Shown here in pieces: positions 16,124 through 21,446 of a stretch of 29,777 nucleotides of DNA. The position numbers were made by a program, and so were the translations under genes. Under the pieces are notes generated by a model, which searched no databases, was not told where the DNA came from, and saw only the letters and a program-made list of their open reading frames with translations. The stretch comes from a virus (Duplodnaviria > Caudoviricetes). Position 1 is the first letter of the stretch. The number at the start of each line of letters is the position of its first letter. The stretch lies in IMG/VR virus record IMGVR_UViG_3300037743_000193, positions 1-29,777 of that record; one strand, given 5' to 3'.

Positions 16124-16501
16124 CTAGCCCCACCGCGCCGGCTTCGGTCGGATGTCGTAGTGAGTGAACGTCGCGTATCGCCCAACCCCGCCGTTGCGCA
16201 TCCGCCCTTCCCGAACCAGGCGCAGGATAGTCGCGTGGACCTTCCGGGCCGGCACTCCGCGCACCACGATGTCGGCAGCCCTGGCGTAGAGGTGCTGGCT
16301 GGTCTTCCCGCCGCCGACGCCCCGGTTGTAGGCCGGGTGCCGGTAGCCGCTGTTGACCTTGATCACCTTGCCCCCGAGCTCGGCCCGGAGCACCTCGAGC
16401 TGCTCGGCGAGGCACGTGACCCGGGCCAGCCACCTCGCCGGGACCGGGGTCCCGTCGCGGCAAGAGAACTCGTCCAACCAGAAATGAGGCGTGAGCTTCA
16501 C
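16124..16501 (-). CDS. Endolysin, peptidase M15A (Zn D-Ala-D-Ala carboxypeptidase-like)
   Basis: LTPHF.L.EF, NSGYR...N..VGG..SQH...AAD and FTHYD.R motifs. Confidence 0.9.
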   Translation of the reverse strand: MKLTPHFWLDEFSCRDGTPVPARWLARVTCLAEQLEVLRAELGGKVIKVNSGYRHPAYNRGVGGGKTSQHLYARAADIVVRGVPARKVHATILRLVREGRMRNGGVGRYATFTHYDIRPKPARWG

Positions 16502-16740
16502 AACCGGTCCTTCCCCTCTTTCGTCCTCAGCGCCCGGACCATGCACGATGCGCAGATCATCACGACGCTGACCTGGATCCGGGTCAAAGCCGGCGCGCCA
16601 CACAGGCGGTGGTGCCGGCTCTCGCCCTGCCAGTGGCGCCGGGTGCCATCGACGAGATGCCACGTCTGCCACTCCCCGTCCGTGACCGGCAGCCAACGCG
16701 AGCCCTCGGGCGGGCCCAGGGTGACGACGGTTAGGGTCAA
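16498..16740 (-). CDS. Small His/Cys metal-binding protein
   Basis: WH...LCG...CASC; TTG start, and its stop overlaps the endolysin GTG. Confidence 0.55.
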   Translation of the reverse strand: MTLTVVTLGPPEGSRWLPVTDGEWQTWHLVDGTRRHWQGESRHHRLCGAPALTRIQVSVVMICASCMVRALRTKEGKDRL

Positions 16741-17264
16741 CCGAACGCCCCGTGTCGATTTGTTTGATTTACGGGTTGACGGCGCCGCGGAGATGCCTTA
16801 GATTGAGAGTCATGAACACGACGCAGACCACCGGAACCCAGCACCTCATCGCCCGCGCCGCCAAGGACAGCCGCGTCGCCGGACTCCTCCAGGACGTCTA
16901 CCGCTACGGCCGGCGCGGGGACTACGTGCTCCAGGAGCAGGCCCTCAAGACCCTGGACGACTACTGCCAGGGAGATTTCTCGGCTCGCGACGCGGCCGCC
17001 GCCGCCGAGAGCCAGGAGAGCAGGATCGCGAGGGCGAAGGAGCTGCGCGGCGAGCTGGCTGACGCCGCTGCGGAGCTCTACGGCGAATGAGCCCCCGCGG
17101 AGGCCCACGCCCCGGCGCCGGTCGCAAGCGGCGCCGGGTGCGGCTCCAAGCCTACGTCGAGCCCGAGCTAGCCGAAGCCGTGGAGCGCGCCGCCGATGAT
17201 GCCTGCCTCGAGATCCAGGACTGGCTGCGGCGGGCGCTGAGCCGGGCGGTCGAGTAGCGGTCAC
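16737..17264 (-). CDS. Bridge ORF spanning the antisense cassette
   Basis: GTG 17264 overlaps the stop at 17261-17263; its TGA overlaps TTG 16740. Product is shadow-like. Confidence 0.3.
   Translation of the reverse strand: MTATRPPGSAPAAASPGSRGRHHRRRAPRLRLARARRRLGAAPGAACDRRRGVGLRGGSFAVELRSGVSQLAAQLLRPRDPALLALGGGGRVASREISLAVVVQGLEGLLLEHVVPAPAVAVDVLEESGDAAVLGGAGDEVLGSGGLRRVHDSQSKASPRRRQPVNQTNRHGAFG
16776..16804 (+). promoter_or_regulatory. Sigma70-type promoter TTGACG-17-TAGATT, leaderless
   Basis: ATG lies 7 nt after the -10; AT-rich tract upstream at 16757-16771. Confidence 0.82.
16812..17090 (+). CDS. Moron-like protein of unknown function (92 aa)
   Basis: Own promoter; G/C-ending codons; antisense to the late operon. 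Confidence 0.78.
   Translation: MNTTQTTGTQHLIARAAKDSRVAGLLQDVYRYGRRGDYVLQEQALKTLDDYCQGDFSARDAAAAAESQESRIARAKELRGELADAAAELYGE
17087..17257 (+). CDS. Ribbon-helix-helix-like DNA-binding protein, 56 aa (not in the ORF track)
   Basis: MSPRGGPRPGAGRKRRRVRLQAYVEPELAEAVERAADDACLEIQDWLRRALSRAVE; ATGA overlap. Confidence 0.78.
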   Translation: MSPRGGPRPGAGRKRRRVRLQAYVEPELAEAVERAADDACLEIQDWLRRALSRAVE

Positions 17265-17434
17265 CCGAACACCTCCGACCGCTCCAGCCGCTCCATCGCC
17301 GCCACGTACTCGATCACGAGCCGGGCGACATCGAACCGGGGCCCGAGCCGCCACAGCTCATCGTGCGGGAAGCTGGGGAGCTCGGGCCGGTCCATGCGCA
17401 GGGTCTGGCGGCTGGTGCTCGTGCGGGACCTCAT
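17261..17434 (-). CDS. Small hypothetical protein
   Basis: ATG 17434 overlaps the upstream stop. Confidence 0.55.
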   Translation of the reverse strand: MRSRTSTSRQTLRMDRPELPSFPHDELWRLGPRFDVARLVIEYVAAMERLERSEVFG

Positions 17435-17601
17435 TCCTCGCCGTCCCGCATCTGAACCGCGCAATGCATGCGGCACGGCTCCGAGATGGTAACGGTGGCC
17501 GCCACGAGCCGGCCCGCGATGTACTGGTGCGCGATCCACAGCAGCTGCTGGAACACGGCCCAGCGCCCATCGACGACCTGGTGCCCGGACTCGCGGCTCA
17601 A
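17431..17601 (-). CDS. Small hypothetical protein, 56 aa (not in the ORF track)
   Basis: TTGA and ATGA overlaps; ..DGRWAVFQQLLWIAHQYIAGRLVAATV.. Confidence 0.55.
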   Translation of the reverse strand: MSRESGHQVVDGRWAVFQQLLWIAHQYIAGRLVAATVTISEPCRMHCAVQMRDGEE

Positions 17602-17933
17602 GGCACCCTCGGCTTCTGCTCAGTCAGCCGTGGGACCCGACTCCGGTCGTAGCACTGCCCGACCGCGTGCAGCCCCGCCCTCGGTCCCCAGAACTCGGCC
17701 AGCCACTGAGCCCGCTTGCAGGTAGCGAGCGAGTCCGCGCAGAAAGTCACCCACTCACCCGTGTTGGTCACGCCCTGGACGCAGGTCGTCGGCGGCTCGA
17801 TGTGCGGTGCCGGGGCCAGGGGTGCCGCCTTGGACCCGCACCCGCAAACCAGCACCACCAGCCCCAGGATCAGCCCGAGCAAGCCCGCGATCAAGGTCGC
17901 CCGCCCTCCGGGATCGTGGCCGCCGAAGGTCAC
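17598..17933 (-). CDS. Putative lipoprotein
   Basis: Hydrophobic stretch then LVCGC/GS, a Pro-rich linker and four further Cys. Confidence 0.6.
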   Translation of the reverse strand: MTFGGHDPGGRATLIAGLLGLILGLVVLVCGCGSKAAPLAPAPHIEPPTTCVQGVTNTGEWVTFCADSLATCKRAQWLAEFWGPRAGLHAVGQCYDRSRVPRLTEQKPRVP

Positions 17934-18079
17934 GGGCTCTCCCTCGACGTCCGCCCTGTCTTGCGGTATGGTGACAGGTAATTCGGCCCTGGTTGCCGAA
18001 GGGGGACCGCTCGTATGGGCGGTCGAGCAAGGGCCGGCAGCAATGTCGGCCTTTGTCTTTTGGGGCTGATTAAGGTCAC
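17930..18079 (-). CDS. Bridge ORF (49 aa) spanning the antisense RNA locus
   Basis: GTGA overlaps at both ends, 50 codons, no internal stop. Atypical codons. Confidence 0.3.
   Translation of the reverse strand: MTLISPKRQRPTLLPALARPPIRAVPLRQPGPNYLSPYRKTGRTSRESP
17944..17972 (+). promoter_or_regulatory. Promoter TCGACG-17-TATGGT
   Basis: Same geometry as the promoters at 8657 and 16776; the -10 is bracketed by CCTGTC/GACAGG. Confidence 0.6.
17979..18061 (+). ncRNA. Candidate ~83-nt structured small RNA
   Basis: Three consecutive hairpins whose G-U pairs work only on the + strand. The last has a GCAA tetraloop and a U-rich tail. Confidence 0.6.
18029..18061 (+). terminator. Intrinsic terminator
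   Basis: AAGGGCCGGCA-GCAA-TGTCGGCCTTT followed by GTCTTTT. Confidence 0.7.
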
Positions 18080-18291
18080 GGGTCCTTGGTCAGCTCGAGG
18101 TAGTGGTCGATGATGTCGTCAGCCCGGGACAGTCGCTTCTCGGCGTCGTCGGCGGCCACCTGGAGCAGCCGCATCCCGATCGCTTGCAGCCTTACGCGGT
18201 CGCTCGGGACAGTGGCCGAAAGCATCTTGCTCAGCTCCCCGATCTCGTCGGCGGGCGCCATTTGCTCCTCGGGCGTTTTCTCTCTGGTCAT
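18076..18291 (-). CDS. Hypothetical helical protein
   Basis: GGAG SD; G/C-ending codons. Confidence 0.7.
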   Translation of the reverse strand: MTREKTPEEQMAPADEIGELSKMLSATVPSDRVRLQAIGMRLLQVAADDAEKRLSRADDIIDHYLELTKDP

Positions 18292-18452
18292 CGCGATCTT
18301 CTCCGTCTTTGCATGGGCCGTCTCCGGTCCCGGTCAGTTACCTCGCGGTTGAACTCGCTCCAGCAGTTGTGCGGCGCCGGCTGGCGTTCGCGGATCTCCC
18401 GGTACAGGTCGATACACGAGAAGGCCCAGTCCACGATCACGAGCGGGTTCAT
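18288..18452 (-). CDS. Small hypothetical protein, 54 aa (not in the ORF track)
   Basis: MNPLVIVDWAFSCIDLYREIRERQ...; ATGA overlaps at both ends. Confidence 0.55.
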   Translation of the reverse strand: MNPLVIVDWAFSCIDLYREIRERQPAPHNCWSEFNREVTDRDRRRPMQRRRRSR

Positions 18453-18634
18453 GGCTTCTCCAATTCGCGCCGCTCCCCGGCCTCGTAGCCGGCGATGAGA
18501 GCGCGAACCATGTCCTCAGCCATACTGAACTCCCTGGCCAGGGTCGCGAGATCGTCCCCGGCCCGGTACTGATCGGTCAGTGCTGCGGCGAGGGACAAGC
18601 CGACCACCCGCGGCGTGGTGAGGTATCGGGTCAT
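18449..18634 (-). CDS. Small HTH-like protein
   Basis: YRAGDDLATLAREFSMAEDMVRALI resembles a DUF433-type HTH. Confidence 0.55.
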   Translation of the reverse strand: MTRYLTTPRVVGLSLAAALTDQYRAGDDLATLAREFSMAEDMVRALIAGYEAGERRELEKP

Positions 18635-18765
18635 CGTCGCTCCCTCTCGCAGGACTTCTCCGCGCTCTGGTCCCCGCTCTCGGCCGAGTCGGCGGCGCTG
18701 CGGGGGCACGTTCGGCCGCCACCGCATGCGGATAGGAGTAGGAGGGTGACGACAAGGCGGGTCAC
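18631..18765 (-). CDS. Small lipoprotein (44 aa)
   Basis: MTRLVVTLLLLSAC|GGG canonical lipobox; coupled at both ends. Confidence 0.65.
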   Translation of the reverse strand: MTRLVVTLLLLSACGGGRTCPRSAADSAESGDQSAEKSCERERR

Positions 18766-19007
18766 TGGTCCGCCGCGACCTCTGCCTTCGTCCGGCGACA
18801 CATGCGGCACTTTGTGATCGTGAACGCGCCCTTGTCGGTAGCGACCTCCTCGACGGACGTGAAGTCGTGGGGCTCGGGGTCGCGGTGCAGTGTCGGGCTC
18901 GGGGACAGATTCGTGCCGCACTCGGAACACCCTCGGCATCGACGCGGCGGCATAGATCCCATCGACTCCTCGCGCCCGCACTTGCATCGGTAGTACATCA
19001 TCGGCAT
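18762..19007 (-). CDS. Zn-finger protein
   Basis: CKCG..CRGCSECGT..H..H..CRMC; GGAGG SD. Confidence 0.72.
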   Translation of the reverse strand: MPMMYYRCKCGREESMGSMPPRRCRGCSECGTNLSPSPTLHRDPEPHDFTSVEEVATDKGAFTITKCRMCRRTKAEVAADQ

Positions 19008-19056
19008 CCCTCCTATTCGGTTTCGGTTTCGGTCACGGCAACGGCCTCGGTCTCAA

Positions 19057-19251
19057 CTACCCACGCTCCGCCTCCTCATCCGCCATCGCCGCGCCCGCGC
19101 CCTGGAGGGCGCAGATCAGGGGCCACCACTTCTGCCAGCTCGCGGGACAGACCCGTCCGGCAGTGCATCGGTGGCGAGGGATCCGGCCCCGGCGGGGTAG
19201 CCGGACTGCGACCCGGGTGCCGCACGCTGGGAACGGAACGAGACGCTTCAC
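19057..19251 (-). CDS. Small Cys/His protein
   Basis: GTG 19251 overlaps the upstream stop; ACG..IPRH..CPAS. Confidence 0.5.
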   Translation of the reverse strand: MKRLVPFPACGTRVAVRLPRRGRIPRHRCTAGRVCPASWQKWWPLICALQGAGAAMADEEAERG

Positions 19252-19682
19252 GGCGTCGCCCTCGGCAGCGGTTCCGGTCGCGATCCCGACGCCCGCTCGA
19301 TGCGCATCAGGGACCGCTGGATCCACCGCACGTTGGTCTTGATTTCGACATCGACTCGCTCCAGCTTCTCGACCCGGTCCCGGAGCGACGGCACCTCAGC
19401 GGTCACGGGTACGGCCGCTTCAACGGCCTTGACCCGGTCCCGGATCGGTTTGATCTGGCTAAGGGCACGGTCGTGGTCCCGGAGCGCATCCCTGGCGTCG
19501 AAGACGACCCAGGACGCCCCGGCGAAAAGGCCCGCGGTCATGATGACGAGCACGGCTTTGGCCCCGTGGCGGATGAGCCAGTGGTTCCGGAGCTGCACCG
19601 GGTCGGCGACGGGCGCGGGGATGGAAGCGGTCCCGGCTCGGAGGCCGTTGGGGGTTCCGGGGTTGGTCTTGGCGCGGGACAT
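19248..19682 (-). CDS. Single-TM plus coiled-coil membrane protein (lysis-region protein)
   Basis: AVLVIMTAGLFAGASWVVF TM segment, then LRDRVEKLERVDVEIKTNVRWI heptads. Confidence 0.7.
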   Translation of the reverse strand: MSRAKTNPGTPNGLRAGTASIPAPVADPVQLRNHWLIRHGAKAVLVIMTAGLFAGASWVVFDARDALRDHDRALSQIKPIRDRVKAVEAAVPVTAEVPSLRDRVEKLERVDVEIKTNVRWIQRSLMRIERASGSRPEPLPRATP

Positions 19683-19888
19683 CAGAAACGGTGCCTCCAT
19701 CCGACCCCGACCTCGTAATGGAGCCCGGACCACGCGCCCCAGCCCAGCGCGGCCATGGCCTCGGCAAACAGGGCGTCCTTCTTGCTGATCCGGTGCTCGT
19801 ACGCAGCCGACACGCCCGCCAGCCCGCTCGCAAAGTCGCCGCGGAGGATGGCCCCGACATCGAGACGGCCCCGGCCCACGGGCACCAT
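19682..19888 (-). CDS. Small beta-strand protein; start uncertain
   Basis: Alternating-residue strands ending YEVGVGWRHRF. The frame stays open upstream to beyond 19971. Confidence 0.55.
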   Translation of the reverse strand: MVPVGRGRLDVGAILRGDFASGLAGVSAAYEHRISKKDALFAEAMAALGWGAWSGLHYEVGVGWRHRF

Positions 19889-19968
19889 CTCGACGCGATC
19901 GAGCCCGCGCGTCAGCTTCTCCAGATCGATCGTCAGGTCAGGCGTAGCCGGCCGTTCGGTGGTACCGG

Positions 19969-20211
19969 TTACGCCTCCGAAGGGTCTTTGGCCACCGCGG
20001 CTTTGGCGGCGGCGAGGACGGCCTCTTTGCCGTTGTCGGCGATGCCCTGGCCGACGATATACGCGGCGATCAGGAGGAGGATCTCGAGGACGCTCTCCTC
20101 GGGGATGAGCACCCCGGCCTTGGCCAGGCCCCAGACGACGGCGCCGGCGAGGAGGGCCAGGGCTTTCTTGCTAGTGAGGAAGGTCTTGAGCAGGTCTTTG
20201 ACGATGTCCAT
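19969..20211 (-). CDS. Holin (two TM helices)
   Basis: TSKKALALLAGAVVWGL...LLLIAAYIVGQGIAD; AGGAGG SD. Confidence 0.78.
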   Translation of the reverse strand: MDIVKDLLKTFLTSKKALALLAGAVVWGLAKAGVLIPEESVLEILLLIAAYIVGQGIADNGKEAVLAAAKAAVAKDPSEA

Positions 20212-20224
20212 GGTTGCCTCCTGG

Positions 20225-20971
20225 TTACGAGAAGAAATCGCGAAGGATCCGGCGCTCGGTGGCGGTGAGTGCGTAGCCGTCCCATGCAGCGGCGAAGGCG
20301 ACAACGGTCCCGGGCTCGACGTTGTTCGCGCCGGCGCCGATGGCGAGCGCTGTGGTGGCCGTGATGTCCGAGACCGCGACCGTCCCGTCCACGTCCTCGC
20401 CCAGTCCAGTGCGGAGGGCTAAGCCTGCGCTCCACGACCACGACAACTGATACGGAGACCAGCGCCCGCCATGGTCGGCTTCCACGGTCGCGACGTCGGA
20501 CGGGGTGCCGCCGTCTATGGTCGCCCGCGCGGTCGCGGTCGGGTTCCCGTTGGAGTAGATGGCCCATCCGGGGAAGGCCCCCGAGCCGTCGCGCTTACCC
20601 ATGAGTTGCCGATTGGTGGCGGTGTGAGCGGGCGGCCTCGCGACGATGAGCGCGCTCACGTCCGTTGCGGTGCCGCCGTCCATGAACGTTGTCGAGGCCA
20701 CGGCCAGGGCGGTGGTCGCCGTGGTCAGCGTGATGCCGGGCCCGAACGGGGTCGCCACGCCGCGGGTCACGGTCCCGGCCGCCACCGCGAAATCGTTCGA
20801 CCCGATCCGGTCCGCGAAGTCGCCGGTCGCCTCGTCGAAGATCCAGAGCCCGTCCGGCGCCGTCACCGCGGGCAGGGCCGCTGCGAACTCGTCGGCCGTG
20901 GACGGGACCCAGCGCGCGTTGAGTCCGGGGATTAGGCCGGCGCGCATCCCCATTTGCATCCCGGGGCGCAT
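20225..20971 (-). CDS. LamG/concanavalin-like jelly-roll protein (virion-associated)
   Basis: GLWIFDEATG..AD.IG.ND at the N-terminus; LAIGA...WDGYALTATE at the C-terminus. Confidence 0.7.
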   Translation of the reverse strand: MRPGMQMGMRAGLIPGLNARWVPSTADEFAAALPAVTAPDGLWIFDEATGDFADRIGSNDFAVAAGTVTRGVATPFGPGITLTTATTALAVASTTFMDGGTATDVSALIVARPPAHTATNRQLMGKRDGSGAFPGWAIYSNGNPTATARATIDGGTPSDVATVEADHGGRWSPYQLSWSWSAGLALRTGLGEDVDGTVAVSDITATTALAIGAGANNVEPGTVVAFAAAWDGYALTATERRILRDFFS

Positions 20972-20972
20972 T

Positions 20973-21437
20973 CTATTCCTTTGCCCAAAAATGCACCGAC
21001 AGATCCCCGTTGGCCGTGATCGGAAGCTTGAGCCGGAGCCGGCGCACGCTGACCGCCGAGATCGTGATCATCTCCGAGGCCGCAGCGGATCCCGCCGGAC
21101 CCGTGAACGCGATCTCGGAGGCAGTGACCCAGTCAGCGGTCTCGTCGTACGCCTTCGCGTGCGCGTGGTCGAAGTTCGTCACTTGCACGACGCCCGTCCC
21201 GTTGATGCTGATGGTCCCGTCGTACCAGCGCAAAAAGATCGACACGTACGTCGCATCCTCGACGGGGATCTCGACGTAGTGATTCGGGCCCCCGTCCTGA
21301 CTGGATCCGTCCCATCCCGTCGTGGTGGTCACCGCGGTCTTGCCCTCCTGATCCTTGTGCGGCAGCGCCAGGGGCTCGTCGGTCGCCTGCGCTCCGTAGA
21401 TGGTCAGCGGCTTGTACTTCGGACAGATAGCACCCAT
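20973..21437 (-). CDS. Beta-rich hypothetical virion protein
   Basis: AGGAG SD; beta-sandwich-like pattern; late-operon position. Confidence 0.7.
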   Translation of the reverse strand: MGAICPKYKPLTIYGAQATDEPLALPHKDQEGKTAVTTTTGWDGSSQDGGPNHYVEIPVEDATYVSIFLRWYDGTISINGTGVVQVTNFDHAHAKAYDETADWVTASEIAFTGPAGSAAASEMITISAVSVRRLRLKLPITANGDLSVHFWAKE

Positions 21438-21446
21438 ATCGATCTC

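Noticed and set aside
17979-18061. Known ribozyme or CRISPR-repeat mimic
   Set aside because: No hammerhead, twister or pistol core that I can recognise. The resemblance of TGCCGAAGG to CRISPR repeats is too short to support without a search.
19012-19035. TTCGGT x3 short repeat
   Set aside because: Too short, and no supporting context for a function.
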